Source: an archaeon (GTDB lineage Archaea > Micrarchaeota > Micrarchaeia > Anstonellales > Bilamarchaeaceae). From it: 64,000 nt of DNA. Where the stretch lies: NCBI GenBank assembly GCA_020053355.1, contig JAGVNI010000007.1:5557-69556 (forward strand). The letters are read 5' to 3'. Position numbers and translations under genes: made by a program. Shown here one piece after another: positions 28,707 through 36,625 of the stretch. Every line of letters begins with the position of its first letter. Position 1 is the first letter of the stretch. A model generated the notes under the pieces. The model did not search any database and was not told where the DNA came from. It worked only from the letters and a program-made list of their open reading frames with translations.

Positions 28707-29687
28707 TCAGTCGGTAAGCCCGCCCGGAGTCACCCTGAAGACCGCCTCGCCTTCTGGCATGTTCGGCGAGTCGACCAGCCTCGCAATCCTCTTGTCGTCC
28801 TTGCTTTTGCGGACATAGAGCCGGTAAGTCGACATGTGCGCGAGCACGTGGCCGCCAATCGGGGTCGTCGGGTCGCCGAAGAGGATTCCCGGGTTGTCCA
28901 TGACCTGGTTGGTCACGTACACCGCGAGGTTGTACTTCTCGGACAGTTTCTGAAGCATGTGGACGTGCTTGTTCAATTTCTGCTGCCTCTCGCTTAGAGC
29001 CCCGCGTCCGATGTAATCCGACCTGAAATGCGAGGTGAGCGAGTCGATGACGATGAGCTTGATGTTGTTCTTCTCTATCGTCTCCTCGGATTTCTCGAGC
29101 AGGATTATCTGGTGGTCGCTGTTTTCAGCCCTTGCGACGTGGATGCCCCTTAGCACTGCTTGCGGGTCCATGCCCTGCGCCTCTGCCAGCTGCGCTATCC
29201 TGTCCGGCCTGAAGGTGGCTTCAGAATCAACGAAAAGCACGCTCCCCCCAAGCCCGCCCTGCTCCACCGGCCTCTGCACGTTCACGACGAGCTGGAACCC
29301 GAGCTGGCTTTTTCCGCTCGAGAACTTGCCGTACATCTCGGTGATTGCCATCGTTTCGATGCCGCCCCCCAGGAGGTCGTCAAGCGCTTGGGACCCGGTC
29401 TTGATTCTCACGATATTTTTGCGCCTCTCATAGACGACATCAGCCGTCTCGAACCCGATTTCGACCATGCTCTTTGCGGCTTCAATCGCCTTCTTGGCCG
29501 ATTCGACGCCCATCCCGCCCGCCTCAGCCAGTTCGTGCGGATTAGCTGTCGCAAGGGAGGCGAACTCGCCGAATCCCGCGGCCCGGAGCTTCTCGGCCGT
29601 CACTTCGCCTATTCCCGGAAGGTCTTCCAGGTCTTTGTAGTATTTCTTCTTATTCTTGTCCTTATCCTTGTCTTTTTCTTCTGCCAT
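28707..29687 (-). CDS. radA: DNA repair and recombination protein RadA
   Basis: HhH LPGIG, GKFSSGKSQ Walker A, VIDSLTSHFR, PIGGHVLAH; no intein. Confidence 0.97.
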   Translation of the reverse strand: MAEEKDKDKDKNKKKYYKDLEDLPGIGEVTAEKLRAAGFGEFASLATANPHELAEAGGMGVESAKKAIEAAKSMVEIGFETADVVYERRKNIVRIKTGSQALDDLLGGGIETMAITEMYGKFSSGKSQLGFQLVVNVQRPVEQGGLGGSVLFVDSEATFRPDRIAQLAEAQGMDPQAVLRGIHVARAENSDHQIILLEKSEETIEKNNIKLIVIDSLTSHFRSDYIGRGALSERQQKLNKHVHMLQKLSEKYNLAVYVTNQVMDNPGILFGDPTTPIGGHVLAHMSTYRLYVRKSKDDKRIARLVDSPNMPEGEAVFRVTPGGLTD

Positions 29688-29761
29688 ATGAATCCCCTGT
29701 ATAATTCATCATCATTCTGTTTCCAGCATCATGCTTCCTGCCCCGGTCTTTCACCCAATAT

Positions 29762-30064
29762 TCATTTCCGATCATTGGGGAAAACGAGCAGCTTCAGTTG
29801 CCCGATTCTGAGGGTGTAGAACACGTTCCCGTTCTTGGAGACGTTCTTCCACATGCCGCCCACGTTCGAATAAACGACATTCCCGTCCTTGTCGCGGTCG
29901 GTCTGGACAACGCGCAAATCCGGCCGGTTCGCTCCTGAGCTTATCGCGCCCGGTGTGTTGCTTCCGCTTCCAGTTCCCTGCCCCCCGCTTCCTGTTTCGG
30001 GTTTCGGATCAGTTGGTATCTCCTCGAAGCCTTCATCATCCAATTTTTCTTCCGTGTCTTTCAT
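29762..30064 (-). CDS. small protein with acidic/Gly-rich N-terminus and DUF736-like C-terminal domain
   Basis: RPDLRV...VGGMWKNVSKNGNVFYTLRIG; GAGGTGG SD upstream. Confidence 0.7.
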   Translation of the reverse strand: MKDTEEKLDDEGFEEIPTDPKPETGSGGQGTGSGSNTPGAISSGANRPDLRVVQTDRDKDGNVVYSNVGGMWKNVSKNGNVFYTLRIGQLKLLVFPNDRK

Positions 30065-30121
30065 TTATTCCACCTCAACTTTTCCTCCTTTTTTCATGTT
30101 GGTGAAAAGTCCAATCAAAGT

Positions 30122-30161
30122 CCATTAGTATAAACATATAGTTATACGTATATACTAATGG
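30122..30161. promoter_or_regulatory. 11-bp perfect inverted repeat overlapping the TATA region upstream of the DUF736-like/radA unit
   Basis: CCATTAGTATA (30122-30132) N18 TATACTAATGG (30151-30161). Confidence 0.55.
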
Positions 30162-30204
30162 GATTATGGGCGGGGCTATATATAAACACAATCCGGCAGT
30201 TCAT

Positions 30205-30327
30205 TTCCGCAGAAATCGACATCTCGATTTCTGGGCCCAATGAACACGTCGTTGTCATGAACGTCGCTACGTTCATGAGCATGCTCATGGTCGATGCGTC
30301 GACCATGACATCATTAGGGCCGCGGAA
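30205..30327 (+). ncRNA. putative structured ncRNA or DNA hairpin element with three perfect 10-bp stems
   Basis: Hairpins at 30210-30233, 30255-30278 and 30285-30308, enclosed by outer pairings; TATATAAA just upstream (~30179-30186). Confidence 0.5.
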
Positions 30328-30405
30328 GAAGAAGCCCCAAGATATCCTTTGCCCCTCTATTTGTTGGATATGGCTCACGCTAAAAGAAAAGGATATTGAG
30401 GCCCT

Positions 30406-30660
30406 TCAGGTCGGCTTCAGCAGGTTGGCGGACTGCTCGGTGATGAAGCTCGCAGCCCCGGTTATGGCCATGACGATTATCCCGCCAACGACCATCCCGA
30501 TTGCGACCGTCTGCCACTTGCCGCGCGTCTCGCCCGGCTGTGTCTGGGCGATGCCGTAAGTGATTCCGCCCGCCGTGACCAGGATAATCGCGATAGTCGG
30601 CGCAAGGGCCGAAAGCAAAGAAGCGATGTTCGATGCAGCTACTTCCAATCCGGTTGCCAT
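30406..30660 (-). CDS. small pilin-like (TrbC/VirB2-like) membrane protein
   Basis: 84 aa, two hydrophobic helices separated by QPGETRGKWQ. Confidence 0.65.
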   Translation of the reverse strand: MATGLEVAASNIASLLSALAPTIAIILVTAGGITYGIAQTQPGETRGKWQTVAIGMVVGGIIVMAITGAASFITEQSANLLKPT

Positions 30661-30719
30661 CGTAAAAAATAGGCCAAAACACCTTTAAATATCTTTCTGG
30701 GCGGCCGCCTTGCGTCATC

Positions 30720-31730
30720 TCAAAGGCGGGCCAGCTTTTTCACAAAATCCACAAGGCGGTTGGAATACCCGTATTCGTTGTCGTACCAGGCGGAAACCTT
30801 CACCAGGCGGCCCTTCGACTTCGTGAGTTTCCCGTCCACCAGGGACGAGAGCGGCACGCCGACCACATCCTGCGAGACTATCTCGTCTTCCGTATAGCCC
30901 AGCACCCCTTTCAATTCCTCGTTCGACGCCCGCTTTAACTCGGCGTTTATCTCGTCTTTCGTCGCATCCCGCCCTAGCAGGAGCGTCATGTCGTTAATCG
31001 AGCCGCAGGCGACCGGAACCCGGAATGCCACGCCATCCATCTTCCCGGCGAGCCCCGGGAGCACCTCGCCAATCGCCTTCGCCGCGCCGGTGCTGGTGGG
31101 GATTATGTTCATCGCGCCCGCGCGCGCCCTGCGCAAGTCGCTGTGGCTGCCATCCACGATGTTCTGGTCGTTCGTATAAGCATGCACGGTGCTCAGGAAT
31201 CCGCTTTCTATGCCGAATTTCTCGTCCATCACTTTGAGGATTGGCGCAAGGCAGTTCGTGGTGCAGGAAGCAAGCGAGAATATGCTCATGCCCTTGTTCA
31301 CGATGTGGTCGTTGACACCCGGAACTATCGTGGCGTCGACTTCCTTCGCGTCTTTTGCAGGGGCGGAAATGAGCACCATCTTCGCGCCTGCCTTTATGTG
31401 CTTCTCGGCGTCCGCTTTGGAGCGGAACGCGCCCGTGCTTTCAAGGACGAGGTCAACCCCCAGCTCCTTCCACGGGAGTTTCAGCGGGTCTGTCTCGGTA
31501 ATCCATTTGATTTGGTATCCATTGATGATGAGGTTGCCGTCCTTGGCTTCCACCTTGCCGTCGAACCTTCCATAGACCGAGTCGTATTTGAAAAGGTGGG
31601 CATGCTGCTCGACAGGGCTCCTGGTGTTGATTGCGACGACATCGAAGTCCTTTCCGAGCGCGCCCTGCTTGATTGCTGCCTTAAGGAACGATTTTCCAAT
31701 CCTGCCGAATCCGCTTATGGCAATCTTCAT
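30720..31730 (-). CDS. gap: glyceraldehyde-3-phosphate dehydrogenase, class I (bacterial type)
   Basis: GFGRIG, ASCTTNCLAP, IIPTSTGAAKA, WYDNEYGYS. Confidence 0.96.
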   Translation of the reverse strand: MKIAISGFGRIGKSFLKAAIKQGALGKDFDVVAINTRSPVEQHAHLFKYDSVYGRFDGKVEAKDGNLIINGYQIKWITETDPLKLPWKELGVDLVLESTGAFRSKADAEKHIKAGAKMVLISAPAKDAKEVDATIVPGVNDHIVNKGMSIFSLASCTTNCLAPILKVMDEKFGIESGFLSTVHAYTNDQNIVDGSHSDLRRARAGAMNIIPTSTGAAKAIGEVLPGLAGKMDGVAFRVPVACGSINDMTLLLGRDATKDEINAELKRASNEELKGVLGYTEDEIVSQDVVGVPLSSLVDGKLTKSKGRLVKVSAWYDNEYGYSNRLVDFVKKLARL

Positions 31731-31787
31731 ACGCTCACCTACAAGTAGTGCTAATACCCATAGTAGCGGAGGTTACGCTAATAATCC

Positions 31788-33158
31788 TTACTGCTGCCGC
31801 TTATCGCCTGCTGCGATAAGCGATGCCTCGCGAATCAGTTCGTTAACCACTTCCTTGACGAAACCCTCCTTCGCCCTGATTGCGCCAGCTTTCGCGTGCC
31901 CCCCGCCGCCTTCGACAAAATCCGCCATGCTTTTTTTCACGCGCTCGGCAAGTTCGTTCGCGGAGAGGCCGAGGGACACCGCGCCATCATCCAGCCTCAG
32001 GATGATTGAGCGCTCGGTATATCCGATGCACAGGAGCGGCTTCTCAGCGCCCGCCGCTTTCGCCTCGTCCCTTAGCGTGTCGAAAACGCGCGTAGTTATC
32101 TTGCTTGAGGGGGGCCATTCGCCCTTCACGACAATCCCTTCAAGAGGGAATGTTATGATTGTAAGCTGCCCGGTTTCGCTTTTTTTCATCCTCGCCATCG
32201 CCTTGGCGGCCGCATCCCGGATGGAATCGTCCGCCTGCTGGGCAATCGAAGAGAACAGCTCGTCCTTCTCCATCACCTTCTTGTAGAAGTCCAGGTTATT
32301 GCCGAAAGAGACATGGGATGCCAAAAAATCCAGCACCATCGCCTTCTTCGCGTCGTCCGGCCCGCTTTGGAGGATGTCGCTCTTGTCTCCTGAGCAGGCG
32401 ATTTTCGCAAGCGCAAGTGCCCTTTCTTTCTCCAGTCCGCATGCAGCCGCAATCTCGCATGCAAGGTAGCCTGCGGTATATTTCGAAGCGTTGTCGTCTT
32501 GGGAAAAAGGATTGATGATGCGCGCGTCGTCCTTCCTCGAATACGGGTGGTGGTCAATCACCAGGCAGTCTATGCCGGCAGCGCGAAGGAGCTCCAGCCC
32601 TTCAGCGCAGCCATCGGCGGAGCCGAAATCCAGGAGTATCACGAGCGGACGGCTTTCCTGCCCTATCGCGGCTATGTCCCGGAGGGCTTCCTTCACGCTG
32701 TAAATCGCCGAATTCTGCTGGAACGCCTTGCACGGGAGGACCGCAGTCAGCGCGAACGCCCCGCATATGCCATCGGCATCACCGTGGAACCTGAGCATGA
32801 CTGAACGGCCGAGCTTTTTTGCCAGCATCGCTTCCAAGGCTCCCCTAATCAACGCAGGCCACAACCTGCCCGTGAGGCCGTCATTGAAAAGCACCGGCGC
32901 GCCAGGAAGGTTCGCAGCCTCAGCCACATTGGCCGTCACCCGCGCAAAAACCCGCCCTTCCGTTTCCCCGCTTAGCGTATCTATGCGCGTGGCCCTTATG
33001 CCGCCGACAGCCATCTCGCCCTCGATGAGGATGCATGAGCCCTGCGGGATGATGTCGTCCGTGAAGAACTGGTGCTCGGTTTTGCCGTCGGTAAGCACGT
33101 AGTCTCGCTTGCCCCGGAAAAACCTCACCCTGCTGACTATTCCTTCAACGGCAATCAT
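31788..33158 (-). CDS. RecJ-like DHH phosphoesterase/nuclease with N-terminal OB-like region
   Basis: HGDADG, LLDFGS, IDHH, DHHA1 GGGGHAKAG. Confidence 0.88.
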   Translation of the reverse strand: MIAVEGIVSRVRFFRGKRDYVLTDGKTEHQFFTDDIIPQGSCILIEGEMAVGGIRATRIDTLSGETEGRVFARVTANVAEAANLPGAPVLFNDGLTGRLWPALIRGALEAMLAKKLGRSVMLRFHGDADGICGAFALTAVLPCKAFQQNSAIYSVKEALRDIAAIGQESRPLVILLDFGSADGCAEGLELLRAAGIDCLVIDHHPYSRKDDARIINPFSQDDNASKYTAGYLACEIAAACGLEKERALALAKIACSGDKSDILQSGPDDAKKAMVLDFLASHVSFGNNLDFYKKVMEKDELFSSIAQQADDSIRDAAAKAMARMKKSETGQLTIITFPLEGIVVKGEWPPSSKITTRVFDTLRDEAKAAGAEKPLLCIGYTERSIILRLDDGAVSLGLSANELAERVKKSMADFVEGGGGHAKAGAIRAKEGFVKEVVNELIREASLIAAGDKRQQ

Positions 33159-33781
33159 ACGATGACCTTCACCCTATCGCCATCCTTCTTTCCGAACTCC
33201 TTCTTGGCGTTGAAACTGAATATCGTTTCGAGGATGTCCGGCCCGTGGTGCGTCCGGAGCGGCACGATGATGGCGCCGTCTTTCCCCCCGAGCCTGCAGC
33301 GGTATGCGAAAAGGTCGCCGAACGTGCGGCCCTTGCCCCGGAATCCAGGAATGACTATCGGCTCGCTTTCAAGCAGCTGCTGCCTTTTCCATGCCAAATC
33401 ACCATCAAGCCTGATGTTCAGCGTTCCGGGGAACGGGTCGAAGCCGAGCTTCTCCTTTATCGCCTTCTTGTAACCGGGAAGCGACATGTAGAAGCTCCCC
33501 TCGCCCAAGCCACGGACAATCGTGCCTTCCATTTCGATGCGCCCGCCCTCGAAGATTGCCTTGAGGGAGGTGAATAATGCCGCTGATTCGTCATATGCCT
33601 TCTTCGTCAGCCGGATGCCGTCCTTTCCGCGCTCCAAATACCCGTCCTTGCCCAGCCTGGCGAGCTTCCTCGATGCGTTCTGCTGCGACATCCCTGCAAG
33701 AGTTCCAAGCTCTCCAGTGGTCAGCTTCAGCGGCCTTGAATACGCCCCTTTGCGAAGGAGCAGGATAAGCAACTCGTCCAT
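33155..33781 (-). CDS. ribK: CTP-dependent riboflavin kinase with N-terminal wHTH (RbkR type)
   Basis: SQQNASR HTH, GLGEG, PFPGTLNI, PLRTHH. Confidence 0.92.
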   Translation of the reverse strand: MDELLILLLRKGAYSRPLKLTTGELGTLAGMSQQNASRKLARLGKDGYLERGKDGIRLTKKAYDESAALFTSLKAIFEGGRIEMEGTIVRGLGEGSFYMSLPGYKKAIKEKLGFDPFPGTLNIRLDGDLAWKRQQLLESEPIVIPGFRGKGRTFGDLFAYRCRLGGKDGAIIVPLRTHHGPDILETIFSFNAKKEFGKKDGDRVKVIV

Positions 33782-33823
33782 AGACTCTCGGTTTTTTATA
33801 TTGCCCCCAACATATTAAATTGC

Positions 33824-34426
33824 ATGGAGTCCTACAAGGGCATTTCCATCCTCGTTCCGGACGACGTCTATCCGCCGTCCGACGATTCCGAGCTTCTCGC
33901 AGAGGCATCCTCGTTTCTCCGCGGCAGCATACTTGAAGTGGGATGCGGAAGCGGCCTGGCATCGCTCGCATGCGCGAAGGCCGACTCTGAGAATTTCGTC
34001 CTTGGAGTGGATATAAGCCTTTCAGCCGTGCGGTGCGCCCAGCAGAACGCCGACCGCAACCGCCTATCCAATGCGCTTTTCCTGGTTAGCGACCTGTTCT
34101 CGAAAGTCGGTGTCCAGAGGTTCGATGCGATTATTTTCAACCCGCCCTACCTGCCCACAGACGATGAGGACCGCGTCGAAGGCCCGCTCAACCATGCTTT
34201 CGACGGGGGTGCGGACGGCCGGAAGGTGCTCGACCGCTTCCTGAACGAATTCGACCCGTACCTGAAAGCCGGCGGCACGCTTCTCCTCATCCAGAGCAGC
34301 CTGAACGGCGTCGAGAAGACGCAGTCGAAACTGGAAAGCATGGGCTACAAAGTCAGGATGATGGACAGCGAGAATTTCTTCTTCGAAAGCATCTTCCTCC
34401 TGAAAGCCGAGAAACCACAGGTTTAA
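33824..34426 (+). CDS. HemK2/MTQ2-family SAM-dependent protein methyltransferase
   Basis: VYPPSDDS, LEVGCGSG, FNPPYLP, GGADG. Confidence 0.92.
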   Translation: MESYKGISILVPDDVYPPSDDSELLAEASSFLRGSILEVGCGSGLASLACAKADSENFVLGVDISLSAVRCAQQNADRNRLSNALFLVSDLFSKVGVQRFDAIIFNPPYLPTDDEDRVEGPLNHAFDGGADGRKVLDRFLNEFDPYLKAGGTLLLIQSSLNGVEKTQSKLESMGYKVRMMDSENFFFESIFLLKAEKPQV

Positions 34427-34447
34427 ATCCGCCTTCGTGGTAATATG

Positions 34448-34548
34448 TTCCGGAATGATGACGTGAACAACCTCTGAGGGCATGGGTTCAATCGGCTTCC
34501 TACGCCGTCTGTGCCTATATGATGAAGTCAACAGCGTCTGACCGAAAA
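34448..34548 (+). ncRNA. double-guide box C/D sRNA
   Basis: C ATGATGA 34455-61, 12-nt guide, D' CTGA 34474-77, hairpin linker, C' ATGATGA 34519-25, 12-nt guide, D CTGA 34538-41, terminal CGG/CCG stem; TTTAAA at 34422-27. Confidence 0.88.
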
Positions 34549-34591
34549 TTTTCTCCGTATAGACGTCGGTCAAATTTTCATCAAACATCAG

Positions 34592-34708
34592 CCGGTCTGA
34601 CCCCGGCCTTTGTGAGACCTCATGGCTTTCCCGGGGGTTTGCCATTAGAGAAGCCTAAGACAAAGGCCCACATCCTGTCCGGCTTGACTCCGTCCTTTGT
34701 GAGACCTC
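34592..34708. repeat. two 30-bp direct repeats (26/30 identical), each followed by a hairpin
   Basis: 34592-34621 and 34679-34708 share the exact core CCTTTGTGAGACCTC. Confidence 0.8.
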
Positions 34709-34803
34709 CGGATTTTTCCGCCAAAAAGCGGTAAAAACCTCGGAAATGGAAAAAGTATACCACATTATGAACCTTTTTATAACCTACAGGGCATATCATC
34801 GTC

Positions 34804-35247
34804 ATGGCATGCTACAAACTGAACCACCTAACCGCGAGGCAGAAGGCCGACATGGGCTATGTCGCGAAAGCCTGGGCGAAAAGCGGCCAGACGACGAAGG
34901 TGCTCGAAGACGGCCTCCGGGTGCTCGCATCCGGCAAGCGCCCGACCGCCGACGAAATCGCCCGGAGGGAGGACCCCTTCATGGCTGTCGCCTGCAAATA
35001 CGGCAAAGGGCAGCGCGACATGCTGACGCTCTCAAGGGAGGATGCGGCAATCATGCTCGATGCGGTCATATCGCTCCGCAGCGCCGCCCCTGACGAAAGC
35101 GGCGCGAAAAAAATAATCTGCTTGGCAGCCGGCGTCATTTTCGACGGCGTGGCAATCCCGAAAACAATCACCGACCCGTCATGGGGGCCGGTCCTCAGGC
35201 TCATCCGCGAAGTCGTGCCTTCAGCCGGCCAGAGCCGGATGTTCTAG
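34804..35247 (+). CDS. hypothetical protein
   Basis: 147-aa ORF downstream of a TTTTATAA box. Confidence 0.65.
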   Translation: MACYKLNHLTARQKADMGYVAKAWAKSGQTTKVLEDGLRVLASGKRPTADEIARREDPFMAVACKYGKGQRDMLTLSREDAAIMLDAVISLRSAAPDESGAKKIICLAAGVIFDGVAIPKTITDPSWGPVLRLIREVVPSAGQSRMF

Positions 35248-35297
35248 CCCAATCGGTATGCTCTGTAATTTAAACCTTTTTTCCCAAATGCCTTACT

Positions 35298-35552
35298 ATG
35301 GCAGACAGGTCAGAAGCGATAATCGCCGAGCTCGTGGGCGTCGGCATCACCGATCACGATGCTCTAATCATTGCAGACTGCATCATCACACGCAAGTCCT
35401 GCTCCTGGGTCAACACGGACCCGATTGACGATAAGATGCTCGCAGACCTGAACGTCCTCATCCGAAACAACAACTACGGCATCAGCGTGAAAGTGGATGC
35501 CGTTCCGACAAGGAGCAAATTCATCTGGGATGTCAAGGTTTTGCGCCCATAA
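35298..35552 (+). CDS. hypothetical protein
   Basis: 84-aa ORF downstream of a TTTAAA box. Confidence 0.65.
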   Translation: MADRSEAIIAELVGVGITDHDALIIADCIITRKSCSWVNTDPIDDKMLADLNVLIRNNNYGISVKVDAVPTRSKFIWDVKVLRP

Positions 35553-35589
35553 TCCTATTCTTAATCCAATCCTAGCTTCTCTTTCTTAG

Positions 35590-35994
35590 GTGGCAGACAT
35601 GAGGCCTTTCGCCTGTGACATGGTTCTAATTGAAGACGGGAAGATACTGCTAATCAAGCGCGGCCGCGAGCCGTTTCTGGGACAATGGGCCACCCCAGGC
35701 GGACGGATTGAGGAAGGCGAGACCGCGGAAGAGTGCGCCAGGCGCGAGATGAAGGAGGAGACCGGTCTGGACGTCGAAATCATCAAGCTTACTGGCATTT
35801 ATTCAGACCCAAAGCGCGACCCTAGGGGCATTATTGCCGCGGCCTATCTTGTCCGGAGGGTGGGCGGCGCCGTAAAAGGCGGCGACGATGCGGCCGAGGC
35901 TAAATGGTTCGAATTGGGAAAACTGCCGCCGCTATGCGCCGACCACGGGAAAATCGTCGCGGACGCGCTCGCACAGCTGGGCCAAATGAAATAA
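35590..35994 (+). CDS. Nudix hydrolase
   Basis: Nudix box GGRIEEGETAEECARREMKEETGL; RDPRG. Confidence 0.93.
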   Translation: MADMRPFACDMVLIEDGKILLIKRGREPFLGQWATPGGRIEEGETAEECARREMKEETGLDVEIIKLTGIYSDPKRDPRGIIAAAYLVRRVGGAVKGGDDAAEAKWFELGKLPPLCADHGKIVADALAQLGQMK

Positions 35995-36006
35995 TCCGAA
36001 AAAAAG

Positions 36007-36531
36007 TCACTCTTCCTTCTCGAGTATTGCCAGGTCGCCGAGCGCAACGAGGTCCTCATCGGCCCTTGCCGCGGCGGCTGCCTGCTTCCTAGCAGTTATG
36101 CGGAAGCCTTTCATCTCGTCGTAGAGCTTGCGCAATTCGTCGCGGATGACCTTGAGTTCGGTCTCTATTTTGCCGATTTCGGTCTCGCCGTCGAGTATGT
36201 CCTGCTCCACGTACCTGATTTTACGCCGTGCGCGCTCGACCTCTTTCACCTTGTCGAGCTCCTCGTCTATCTTCCGAAGCTGCTTGATGAGCTCCTTTTC
36301 CATCTTCGGAGTGTAAGCGGCTGTTGCAATCCTGAATTCGAGGGCCCTCTTCTGCTTCCGGTAAGGGGCTATCTGGACCTCTTTGGTCTTCTCCAGGAAC
36401 GGCTCAAGCGCCTTCTGCTCGAACTTCTTGTACCTGATGCGGCGGTTCAGCTGCTTGATGCGGTCAATGAGCTCTCCCTTCTTCGCTTCGAGCTCCTCAA
36501 TCTTGGTCTTCAGGGTATCCTCGTCCGTCAT
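36007..36531 (-). CDS. archaeal coiled-coil protein
   Basis: Highly charged heptad-rich sequence, LEFRIAT motif. Confidence 0.75.
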   Translation of the reverse strand: MTDEDTLKTKIEELEAKKGELIDRIKQLNRRIRYKKFEQKALEPFLEKTKEVQIAPYRKQKRALEFRIATAAYTPKMEKELIKQLRKIDEELDKVKEVERARRKIRYVEQDILDGETEIGKIETELKVIRDELRKLYDEMKGFRITARKQAAAAARADEDLVALGDLAILEKEE

Positions 36532-36625
36532 GTCATCACAGGAAATAAAATGAGCGGTTGGTTGTTTCCATTTATGATAGGTATCATTTTAAAAATATCG
36601 GTGCGGCGATTTTACCGCTGATGCT

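Noticed and set aside
28707..29687. Possible intein in RadA
   Set aside because: Normal length (326 aa) with a contiguous Walker A region.
30158..30559. 133-aa ORF across the hairpin element
   Set aside because: It starts upstream of the TATA box, overlaps the pilin gene antisense and has no recognisable motif; the DNA symmetry explains the region better.
34620..34650. Minus-strand GGCAAACC...GAAAGCC resembling a c-di-GMP-I (GEMM) riboswitch
   Set aside because: It lacks the GACGCAAA junction and the two-stem layout, and no gene lies directly downstream on that strand.
34592..34708. Possible CRISPR mini-array
   Set aside because: Only two imperfect copies, a 57-nt self-structured spacer, and no cas genes in the window.
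34519..34734. 71-aa ORF with a GLTPxFVRP repeat
   Set aside because: Its ATG is the C' box of the sRNA, and the peptide repeat just reflects the DNA repeat.
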